Source of the DNA: Betaproteobacteria bacterium
GTDB taxonomy: Bacteria > Pseudomonadota > Gammaproteobacteria > Burkholderiales > Burkholderiaceae
Direction of reading: 5' to 3'
DNA length: 64,000 nucleotides
Assembly: GCA_037137465.1 (NCBI GenBank)
Contig: JBAXKF010000002.1
Span: 12,075-76,074 of the forward strand
The position numbers and the translations under genes were made by a program. Shown here piece by piece: positions 21,101 to 29,229 of this stretch (position 1 is the stretch's first letter; every line of letters begins with the position of its first letter). The notes beneath the pieces were generated by a model. The model saw only the letters and a program-made list of their open reading frames with translations, ran no database searches and was not told the origin of the DNA.

Positions 21101-22155
21101 CGCAATTTTCAGGAACAAAAGAAGTTCCTCTAGATCATGTATTTTCAACAGAAAAATTTTTAGATTGGGCAAAAGATAAAGTTCCCAACATTAATCCCCA
21201 GTTGCCTCTCGAGCTTCATCAATTTAAAGGTGGGCAATCAAACCCAACTTTTTTAGTCAAACATAATGAACAGTCTTATGTTTTAAGAAGAAAACCTGCC
21301 GGTATATTACTTCCTAGTGCCCACGCAATTGACCGCGAATATAAAGTAATCAGCGCATTGTCCAAGCATCATTTCCCGGTTGCAAAACCGCTGGGCTATT
21401 GTTCTGATATCGATGTTATTGGTTCAGAATTTTATTTAATGAGTTTTCTCCAGGGTAGAGTCTTTTGGGATCCCCGTTTACCAGAGTTATCGGATACTGA
21501 CCGCACGCAAGTATTTGATGCCATGAATGCCGTAATTGCCCAAATGCACGCTCTTGACCCTGTAGCTATAGGTTTAGAGGATTATGGTCGTTTTGGAGGT
21601 TATGTTCAAAGGCAATTAGATCGTTGGACGAAGCAGTACAGAGCCTCTGAAACTGAAAAAATACCTGCGATGGATAATTTAATTGATTGGCTACCTCAAC
21701 ACATTCCTCCCTATGATGCAACAAGCTTAGTGCATGGTGATTTTAGGCTTGATAATCTCATTTTCGATCCTGTAGAACCTAAAATTTTAGGTGTGCTTGA
21801 TTGGGAGTTATCCACTCTCGGTAATCCTTTATCTGATTTTGCTTATCATGCAATGGTATGGCGATTATCTCCTGGTCTTTTTAGGGGGCTTGGTGCTGTC
21901 GATATTCAAAGCTTGAAAATCCCCGATGAAAAAACCTACTTAGAGTCCTACCTAAAGAGAACTGGACAAGTACTAGAAAGCCAAAGGGATTGGGATTTTT
22001 ACATTATTTTTAATATGTTTCGGTTATCGGCCATCCTTCAAGGGATTATGGCAAGAGCATTACAAGGTAATGCCTCTAGTGATTCTGCCCTTGAGGCAGG
22101 GAAAAAAGCGAAACCTCTAGCGGAGTTAGCTTGGGAACAAGTTTTAAAAATATAG
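21097..22155 (+). CDS. APH/choline-kinase-family phosphotransferase (LvaA / ACAD10-11 kinase-like)
   Basis: GGQSNPT, VLRRKP.G.LLPSAHAIDREY, HGDFRLDN, LDWELSTLG. Confidence 0.9.
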   Translation: MTQFSGTKEVPLDHVFSTEKFLDWAKDKVPNINPQLPLELHQFKGGQSNPTFLVKHNEQSYVLRRKPAGILLPSAHAIDREYKVISALSKHHFPVAKPLGYCSDIDVIGSEFYLMSFLQGRVFWDPRLPELSDTDRTQVFDAMNAVIAQMHALDPVAIGLEDYGRFGGYVQRQLDRWTKQYRASETEKIPAMDNLIDWLPQHIPPYDATSLVHGDFRLDNLIFDPVEPKILGVLDWELSTLGNPLSDFAYHAMVWRLSPGLFRGLGAVDIQSLKIPDEKTYLESYLKRTGQVLESQRDWDFYIIFNMFRLSAILQGIMARALQGNASSDSALEAGKKAKPLAELAWEQVLKI

Positions 22156-22605
22156 GCGGATTAACATTTCAGCCACACACGCCGGCTTTTCGACCCCCTC
22201 TACTTCAAGGCTTATTTTCCACTCCACTTGAATGCCACCTTCAATTTCGGCGATCTCTTGGATAAAAAAACGACCTCGAATACGACTGCCTGAATTTACT
22301 GCATGAGGAAATCGTACCTTATTTAAGCCGTAATTAATTGCGCTTTTTGCTAATGGAAACTCCATACAAGACTCTAAAAAGTATGGTATCAAAGACAGCG
22401 TTAAAAAACCATGAGCAATTGTCGTTCCGTAGGGAGACTCTTTTTTTGCGCGTATTGAATCAATATGAATCCATTGATGATCATTCGTGGAATCTGCAAA
22501 GGCTTGAATCATGGATTGCGATATGTCAAGCCAAGGACTGATTGCAAGCTCAGAACCCACTTTTGAATTTAGATCTTCTAGGGATTGAAATATGACTTTT
22601 GACAT
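22144..22605 (-). CDS. MaoC-family dehydratase
   Basis: FADSTNDHQWIH, TIAHGFLTLSL, NYGLNKVRFP. Confidence 0.9.
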   Translation of the reverse strand: MSKVIFQSLEDLNSKVGSELAISPWLDISQSMIQAFADSTNDHQWIHIDSIRAKKESPYGTTIAHGFLTLSLIPYFLESCMEFPLAKSAINYGLNKVRFPHAVNSGSRIRGRFFIQEIAEIEGGIQVEWKISLEVEGVEKPACVAEMLIRLYF

Positions 22606-23436
22606 TTACTGACCACCTTGTAATAACTCAATCTCTTCATCCGTAAAGCCGGCTTGTTTTCGTGCGGCAACGTTAAAGGGGCCCCTAAGAGTTGGGGCAT
22701 TGTATTGCAGTGATAATTCATGAAAGGCTTTCAGAGGATCAAGTTCACGTGTCTTACACATGAAATTGAACCAACGGTTACCAATTTCAACATGACCAAT
22801 TTCATCATGTAAGATCCTATCTAAAATATCGACCATTTGCTGATCTTTAACCTGTAAAAATCGAGCCCGCATTGCAGGGACAGCATCTAAGCCTCTTGCC
22901 TCCATTGTTCTTGGAACTAATGCCATGCGAGCAAGAATATCTCCTTTTGTTTTTTCAACCATTTCCCATAAACTATCGTGGGCTGGGAAATCACCGTAGT
23001 CATATTGAAGGGTGTTTAAGTAATTTTTGAGTAATAAAAAATGCGTAGCCTCTTCATCTGCAACTTTTATCCAATCAAGATAATAGTCTTTAGGCATATC
23101 AGCAAATCTCCATACAGCATCAAGAGCTAAGTTAATAGCATTAAATTCAATGTGCGCCAAAGCATGGATAGCAACCGCCCTTCCCTCTATGTTGTGCATG
23201 GATCGTTTTTTGACCGCTAATGGGTTAACCAATACAGGTTGATTAGGACGACCGGGGATTAAATATTCATCCGATACAATAATCTCTGAGGGGTTAATTA
23301 GAGACTCTTCTTGAAGATTGCAGGCCGCTATACGCTTGACAGCGTCATATTTAGAGATAGGATCGGTTACAGTAAGTGCTTCATAAGCCTTTAAACGAAG
23401 ACTTTGTGCATGGTTATTGGGCGTATTTATCATCAA
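22606..23436 (-). CDS. Ferritin-like di-iron protein (DUF455)
   Basis: HALAHIEFNAINLALD, EEATHF, EARGLD, DEIGHV. Confidence 0.88.
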   Translation of the reverse strand: MMINTPNNHAQSLRLKAYEALTVTDPISKYDAVKRIAACNLQEESLINPSEIIVSDEYLIPGRPNQPVLVNPLAVKKRSMHNIEGRAVAIHALAHIEFNAINLALDAVWRFADMPKDYYLDWIKVADEEATHFLLLKNYLNTLQYDYGDFPAHDSLWEMVEKTKGDILARMALVPRTMEARGLDAVPAMRARFLQVKDQQMVDILDRILHDEIGHVEIGNRWFNFMCKTRELDPLKAFHELSLQYNAPTLRGPFNVAARKQAGFTDEEIELLQGGQ

Positions 23437-23509
23437 GTCTTCTAGATTACTGTATATTCTAAAAATGGTAAATTATATGAGTTCTCAAATACAAATTTAA
23501 AGGTGACAA

Positions 23510-24469
23510 ATGAAATTCTTCACACGTCTAATTATCTCTCTGTTGCTGCTGCCTACTTTGTTATATGCACAACAGTATCCTAATAAAACAGTAAAAATTA
23601 TTGTTCCCTTTGCCGCCGGCGGGCCTGCTGATAATTATGCGCGATTTATGGCTCAACGCCTTCAAGATGAACTAAAACAGTCTTTTATCGTTGAGGATAA
23701 ACCTGGTGCTGGATCAATTATTGGGACTGATTTTGCGGCAAAGTCACCTGCCGATGGTTATACCCTCCTTATGATGTCTAATACCCAAACCGTTAATGAG
23801 TCATTGGTTCAAAATAAACCATTTCAATTAATGAGAGACTTCGTGCCGGTTGCACCGATTAATTACTCTGATCTAGTACTGGTTACTAATCCTAAGGTTC
23901 CAGCTAAAACTTTAGCTGAATTAATTGCGCTCGTAAAAGCATCCCCAGGCAAATATAATTACGCGTCTTCTGGCAATGGCACTCCGTATCACATGGCTGG
24001 TGAACTTTTTAAATCAATGGCAGGCTTGGATATTACGCATATTCCATATAAGGGTAGTTCTGGGGCCAGGACTGATGTTATCGGCGGACAAGTCGATATG
24101 ATGTTTGACGCGGTTACTACAATGAATGAGTTTGTAAAAGAAAATAAAGTACAAGCATTAGCTACTACCGGTAAAAATAGATCAGCAATCATGCCTCAAA
24201 TACCAACAGTGAATGAAGCCGGTGTCCCTCGGTATGAAACCACAATTTGGTTAGGTATTATGGCTCCTAAAGGAACCCCTGCCGAGGCGGTAACTATTTT
24301 GAATAATGCTATTCGAAAAATTATCTCCCAAGGTGAGGTAAAAGATACTTGGGCAAAACAAGGTGCGCTCCCGTTAATCATGTCCCCTAGCGAATTTAAT
24401 AAATATTTAGATGCCGATATTGCCAAATGGAGTGCAATTGTGAAGTCGGCTGGAATTAAGCCAGATTAA
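23510..24469 (+). CDS. Bug/TctC tripartite tricarboxylate-transporter substrate-binding protein
   Basis: Signal peptide; YP.K.V..IVPFAAGGPAD; KPGAGSIIG; Y.SSGNG...H; HIPYKG. Confidence 0.93.
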   Translation: MKFFTRLIISLLLLPTLLYAQQYPNKTVKIIVPFAAGGPADNYARFMAQRLQDELKQSFIVEDKPGAGSIIGTDFAAKSPADGYTLLMMSNTQTVNESLVQNKPFQLMRDFVPVAPINYSDLVLVTNPKVPAKTLAELIALVKASPGKYNYASSGNGTPYHMAGELFKSMAGLDITHIPYKGSSGARTDVIGGQVDMMFDAVTTMNEFVKENKVQALATTGKNRSAIMPQIPTVNEAGVPRYETTIWLGIMAPKGTPAEAVTILNNAIRKIISQGEVKDTWAKQGALPLIMSPSEFNKYLDADIAKWSAIVKSAGIKPD

Positions 24470-24484
24470 TGTATAGGAACTGAT

Positions 24485-25195
24485 ATGTCGGAAATTGTTG
24501 TATTGAGTGGTGGTGCTGCGGCTGGAGTTGTTAAAGGAATTCAAACTGATTTTGAAAGTAAACACCATTGCAAAATCAATGGCACCTTTAGTGCTGTAGG
24601 GGCAATGCGTGATCTGGTTGTTCAGGGTGCTCAGTGTGATCTCGTGATTCTTTCGAAATCTTTAATTGATGAACTTGTGAAATCAGGGCATGTCCACGCA
24701 GATTCAGTAAGATCATTAGGTATTGTTCCAACTGGTATCGCAATTCCTAGCAAAAGAACGACTCCTCCCCCGTCAATATTGACAACTGATGAGTTAAAGG
24801 AAGTTTTTAGGTCTGCTCCAGCACTGTATTTCCCAGATATGGAAAAATCAACTGCAGGTATCCACTTTATGAAGGTGATGCGACAGTTAGGTTTAGACCA
24901 AGAATTAGCAAGTCGTTTTAAAACGTTTCCGAATGGCGCAACAGCAATGGCACAAATGGCCTTAGACCCTAATTCGAATGTGATCGGTGGTACACAGACT
25001 ACTGAGATCAACATTTGTCCTGGGGTTCAACTGATTGGGTTACTTCCTCAATCAGTAGAGTTAAATACAGATTACACATTGGCCATCTGTAAAGCCTCTC
25101 AAAACCCTGAATTAACATTAAAGCTAGCCAATGTTTTAGTTGGGCAAGAATCATTAGCAATCAGACAACACATTGGTTATCTAATAAACGCTTAA
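24485..25195 (+). CDS. ModA-fold (SBP_bac_11-like) protein without a signal peptide
   Basis: VLSGGA, F..VG.M, STAGIHF, FPNGATAM, QTTEI...PGVQLIG.LP motifs; the mature-type sequence starts at residue 4. Confidence 0.72.
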   Translation: MSEIVVLSGGAAAGVVKGIQTDFESKHHCKINGTFSAVGAMRDLVVQGAQCDLVILSKSLIDELVKSGHVHADSVRSLGIVPTGIAIPSKRTTPPPSILTTDELKEVFRSAPALYFPDMEKSTAGIHFMKVMRQLGLDQELASRFKTFPNGATAMAQMALDPNSNVIGGTQTTEINICPGVQLIGLLPQSVELNTDYTLAICKASQNPELTLKLANVLVGQESLAIRQHIGYLINA

Positions 25196-25196
25196 C

Positions 25197-25451
25197 ATGA
25201 AAAAGATCAATAAAAATGTTATCGTCGTTGGCGCTGGACCAGTAGGTTTGCTTTGTGCCCTTCAATTAGCTAAAAATGGTATCCCTGTAACTGTGATTGA
25301 GGCTGAACCTGAATTAACTATTGACTTACGTGCAGGAACATTTCATCCGCCAACATTAGAAATGTTAGCTCCTATTGGAGTTACTGATGCCATGATGGAA
25401 ATTGGTATTCTGGATCCATTGCCTGGGATGGGAATACTAGCGCAAAAATAA
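25197..25451 (+). pseudogene. 5' fragment of an FAD-dependent monooxygenase (MhpA/PheA-like)
   Basis: VIVVGAGPVGL..A..L...GIPVTVIE.......RAGTFHPPTLEML; stops after 84 aa versus roughly 400-550 aa for the family. Confidence 0.85.
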
Positions 25452-25454
25452 GCT

Positions 25455-25853
25455 TTAAATTGCACAAATTTTAATTTGTACAGTCGCTCCCCAAAATACA
25501 CATGGATAAAATCCAAATTCATAATATCCTGAATGGGGAGTTGTAAAGTCAATCTGACCACGATCATTTTGGTCACTGACATAAAAATTTCGGCGATCTG
25601 ACGCACCAGGATAAATGAATTCCCAGGAACTTCCATTCCATCCACGCATCGTGACTGAGACTTTTTGCCCAGCAGCAAAATTTCCATAAAAGGTAGTTCC
25701 CTTACCTAGGAACGACCAGCAATAAGACCCTTTGGGAAATGCAATTGGTACTCGGATATCTTGATTGCAAGCCGAGGCAAATGCTTTAGTTTGTAGTGAC
25801 AATGTAATTAGCAGAATCAATATAGCTTGAAATTTTCGAAAGGTATTTTTCAT
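25455..25853 (-). CDS. Small secreted beta-rich protein, PliG/PPC-like
   Basis: Signal peptide ending AFA; F.KG...TFY...AAGQKV.V...TP.SGYYEF; four Cys. Confidence 0.6.
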   Translation of the reverse strand: MKNTFRKFQAILILLITLSLQTKAFASACNQDIRVPIAFPKGSYCWSFLGKGTTFYGNFAAGQKVSVTMRGWNGSSWEFIYPGASDRRNFYVSDQNDRGQIDFTTPHSGYYEFGFYPCVFWGATVQIKICAI

Positions 25854-25955
25854 TCTTATTAATGTAAATTTAACAATTGGAATTAAATTATAGCCCTACT
25901 AAAGTTGAGGCTTTAATACGCTACTAATTGATTGCGATATTTTTAAACTCAAAGT

Positions 25956-26948
25956 CTATGGGGTATCTTTTATATTATTCTCAATCACAAATTTACCCCA
26001 AATAGCCACTTGTTTACCTATAAAATCTCTTAGAGTATTAGGATTTCCTGCTACAACTTCAATTCCTTGAGCCTTAAATTTTTCAACTACAAGCGGATTT
26101 TTAAGAGCTTTTGTAATCGATTGATGCATTGATTCAATGATTGCAGGCGGTGTTTTAGCGGGTGCTAAAACACCCCACCAAGTTGGAGCGTTAAACCCAA
26201 GAAAGCCACTTTCAGAAATAGTGGGAATGGTTGGTAAGCCAATTGATCTTTTAGAGGTGGTTACAACAAGAGGTACTACACTGCCATTCTCAATATGGGG
26301 TCTCATGATGGTTTCTGAGCCCATCGCTAGTTGTATTTGCCCACCCAAGACATCTTGTAGTAATGGCGGTCCGCCACGATATGGAATGTGACTCCAATCA
26401 AAACCTTCAGTTTTAGCTAAACGGGCCATTGCTAAATGGGCTAAGCTACCAATCCCAATAGATCCATAGCTAAATTGATTGCCTGACTTAGACAGTTCTA
26501 TTAATTGCTTAAAATTGACAATGCCAGATTTCTTACTGGCTACTAAAATCATAGGTGAAGTGCCAATGAGAGTAACAGGGGCAAAATCCTTTAATGTGTC
26601 ATAAGGTAATTTATCCTTAAAGCTAGGGTTAACCGCATGAGTATCAACTACAACTCCAAAAGTATACCCATCAGGATCAGAGCGAGCCAAAGCTGCAGTG
26701 CCAATAACTCCAGAAGCTCCGCCAATGTTTTCAACAATAATATGTTGTTTTAAATCAGGTTGAAGGGAGTTAGCTAGAATTCGGGCAATCTGATCGACTG
26801 AGCCACCAGCAGGAAAAACTGCGATGAAGCGCATTGTTTTTTCGGTTGGCCAAGTTCCAGTACCTGAGGTTTGAGAGTAGGAAATATTACTCATACCTAC
26901 TAAAAAAAGACTTATAAACAACGCTATTGATGATATCAAATGTCGCAT
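25956..26948 (-). CDS. Second Bug/TctC substrate-binding protein
   Basis: Signal peptide; WP....FIAVFPAGGSVD; GGASGVIG; YGSIGIGS..HL; HIPYRGG. Confidence 0.9.
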   Translation of the reverse strand: MRHLISSIALFISLFLVGMSNISYSQTSGTGTWPTEKTMRFIAVFPAGGSVDQIARILANSLQPDLKQHIIVENIGGASGVIGTAALARSDPDGYTFGVVVDTHAVNPSFKDKLPYDTLKDFAPVTLIGTSPMILVASKKSGIVNFKQLIELSKSGNQFSYGSIGIGSLAHLAMARLAKTEGFDWSHIPYRGGPPLLQDVLGGQIQLAMGSETIMRPHIENGSVVPLVVTTSKRSIGLPTIPTISESGFLGFNAPTWWGVLAPAKTPPAIIESMHQSITKALKNPLVVEKFKAQGIEVVAGNPNTLRDFIGKQVAIWGKFVIENNIKDTP

Positions 26949-27130
26949 TTTTCTCCCTCTGTTAACGCGTATTTTTTTAATAGTAATTGCGAGTAAAGAT
27001 ATAGAACAAAAGCTTCTTGTGAAACGAGTATTTGTTTAGCTTACTCTAAAGGTTCATAAAATGCTAGAAAATATAATTAGTACGTTTCTTTATTAACATC
27101 AATTCAACTAAAAAATTAACGATTAAGCTT

Positions 27131-27182
27131 TTAAATACTACTCCCTCTCAATATTAGCTGGTGGTTTACCTGAAATATCATA
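27131..27182 (-). repeat. Diverged direct repeat of the guaA 3' end (att-like copy)
   Basis: 27138-27182 matches 29257-29301 at 38/45 nt (44/52 with flank); it translates as [14 protein letters not shown] versus gua[15 protein letters not shown]. Confidence 0.85.
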
Positions 27183-27215
27183 GGCTAGAGCATATGAATG
27201 AGTGGTTTTGATTCA

Positions 27216-27315
27216 ATGAAAGAGTGTTGGCATCATTGGTGCAGTCTTAGCGGGCCTTAGTTGCGTGATTTTATTACAAGAGTATTGCTTAAATATCTCC
27301 AAAAAGTTCACTTGA
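27216..27315 (+). pseudogene. Decayed N-terminus of an NAD(P)/FAD-dependent oxidoreductase (renalase-like)
   Basis: Removing one A from atgaaagagt gives MKSVGIIGAVLAGLSCVILLQEYCLNISKKFT*, a degraded GAGLAGLSCA Rossmann motif. Confidence 0.6.
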
Positions 27316-27327
27316 GCATCACCGAAG

Positions 27328-29229
27328 TCAGTTTTGGTTTAAAGCATTACCAATATAAAATTTAGAAACAGTTGTTTTAGGAATCTTTTTGTCATAACTT
27401 TCAAACCACGTTCTAACATCCTCTTCGAGCCCAACACCATGCATAAAGTTATAAATCGCTTTTTTTAGACCCTGCCCTAAACTATCGTGGTCAACACCAA
27501 CGGGGTCAATAAAGCTGATGTCATTTTTAGCAAATGTGATTTCAGGAAGAGGAACGAGCTGAACACCATACTCTTCCGGGTTTTTACCCACCGGAGAATG
27601 AACAGTACAAATAAAGCGATGAAAAAATCCACTCTGAATACAACCATGCTCAAATAATTGTCTAACATATTCCAATGAATTGACGGTTTCTTGGACTGTT
27701 TGAGTTGGAAATCCATACATTAAATAGGCATGTACTAATATACCCGCATCAGAAAAGCTTTTTGTTACTTTGGCAACTTGTGAAACTGAAACACCTTTTT
27801 TCATCAAATCAAGTAATCTATTTGAAGCAACCTCAAGTCCTCCTGACATTGCAATACAGCCACTTCTAGCCAATAGACTAGCTAATTCAGGGGTAAATGT
27901 TTTTTCAAAACGAATATTCCCCCACCAAGAAATTACAACCCTGCGACGAATTAATTCTTCCGCAAGGGCCTTTAAGATTTTTGGAGGCGCGGCTTCATCA
28001 ACAAAATGAAAACCAGTCTGACCAGTTTCTACAATGATTTGTTCAATACGATCAACAAGTAAACTAGCAGAAGCGGTTTCATATCGAGAAATGTAATCTA
28101 AAGAGACATCACAAAAGCTACATTTTTTCCAGTAACATCCATGTGCAACTGTTAACTTATTCCAACGTCCATCACTCCATAAGCGATGCATCGGATTAAG
28201 CATATCTAATAGGGATAAATAGGAGTCGAGTGGTAATCCATCCCATGTAGCGGTGCCAACCTCTTCGAATGGTATATCAGGCTCCTGCCAATTCATAAAC
28301 TCAACTTGATTACTTTCACCTTTAATAAAGGTTCGTACTAATCGACTCTTAGATCGTTTACCGTTTAAGTGATCTAACAAAGCTAGTAAAGGTCTTTCAC
28401 CAGAGTCTAAAGTGATGTAGTCAACATAATCAAAAATTCGAGAATCCGTTATTTCACGCAACTCTGTATTGACATATCCTCCACCTAGAGCAACTTTTAT
28501 TGTAGGATCAGTATTTTTAATCGTTTGAGCGATCCTAAGCGCCGCGTACATGGCGCCTGGAAATGGAACTGACAAGAGGACCAAACTTGGCTGATGACGA
28601 CGAATCGTAGCGATTGATAGATCTCTGAGGTGAAGATCCATTAAGTTCGGTTCCGCATTTAAAGCTTCGTATAAGGGCGTAAATGTTGGTTGACTGCCAG
28701 CAAGAGACTCTGCATATCTCACAAACTCAAAACGACTATCAATTGCATCGCGTAATACGTCTGAAAGATCATTCAGATATAACGTAGCTAAATGGCGAGC
28801 TCTATCGTTGGTGCCTAAAGAACCAAAAGCCCATGCTAAAGTATCTCCGGATTCTTCATCATCAAAAGCCTCTAGCGAGTTAAATCTCGGTCCCTCGGGT
28901 AGAAAGTCACGAGTATTAATACGGTGACTTAATGTGCTATCTTTACCCTGTAAAAAAGCAATCACAGATGATATTGTTGAATAATAATCATCAAAATACT
29001 CGAGGAAAAAACTTACACTAGCACTCCGACTTCTTTCTGGTTGAGCTAATGCACGAGTATGTACCTCAATTAAGCCTTTAGGATTGAAAAAACTAAGAAC
29101 TAAAGCTAAGGCTAAGTCTTCTTGAACTGCTTCAATTCCACGAGATCTTAAAAATCCTGTTAAGTAAGCCGTAGAGGGATACGGAGTATTTAACTGCGTC
29201 ATGGGTGGAATGAGACTTAAGATTTTCAT
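27328..29229 (-). CDS. B12-binding-domain radical SAM protein
   Basis: GCYWKKCSFC (CX3CX2C); N-terminal SLIPP..QLNTPYPSTAYL; GGGY cobalamin-domain-like segment; FHFVDE; GGLE. Confidence 0.88.
   Translation of the reverse strand: MKILSLIPPMTQLNTPYPSTAYLTGFLRSRGIEAVQEDLALALVLSFFNPKGLIEVHTRALAQPERSRSASVSFFLEYFDDYYSTISSVIAFLQGKDSTLSHRINTRDFLPEGPRFNSLEAFDDEESGDTLAWAFGSLGTNDRARHLATLYLNDLSDVLRDAIDSRFEFVRYAESLAGSQPTFTPLYEALNAEPNLMDLHLRDLSIATIRRHQPSLVLLSVPFPGAMYAALRIAQTIKNTDPTIKVALGGGYVNTELREITDSRIFDYVDYITLDSGERPLLALLDHLNGKRSKSRLVRTFIKGESNQVEFMNWQEPDIPFEEVGTATWDGLPLDSYLSLLDMLNPMHRLWSDGRWNKLTVAHGCYWKKCSFCDVSLDYISRYETASASLLVDRIEQIIVETGQTGFHFVDEAAPPKILKALAEELIRRRVVISWWGNIRFEKTFTPELASLLARSGCIAMSGGLEVASNRLLDLMKKGVSVSQVAKVTKSFSDAGILVHAYLMYGFPTQTVQETVNSLEYVRQLFEHGCIQSGFFHRFICTVHSPVGKNPEEYGVQLVPLPEITFAKNDISFIDPVGVDHDSLGQGLKKAIYNFMHGVGLEEDVRTWFESYDKKIPKTTVSKFYIGNALNQN

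Noticed and set aside
25425-25440. tgggaata resembling the guaA stop region as a third att copy
   Set aside because: Only an 8-nt match, in the opposite orientation, and it does not extend.
25461-25482. 10-bp inverted repeat TGCACAAATT-TT-AATTTGTACA near the pseudogene junction
   Set aside because: It lies inside the codons VQIKICA of the secreted-protein gene, has no partner elsewhere that would make it an IS end, and is probably coincidental.
25343-25687. 114-aa minus-strand ORF spanning the junction, and similar short ORFs overlapping known genes throughout the window (e.g. 5272-5532, 11705-12130, 41208-41708, 55574-55978)
   Set aside because: These are antisense or alternate-frame shadows of confidently assigned genes, with no motifs or independent RBS support.
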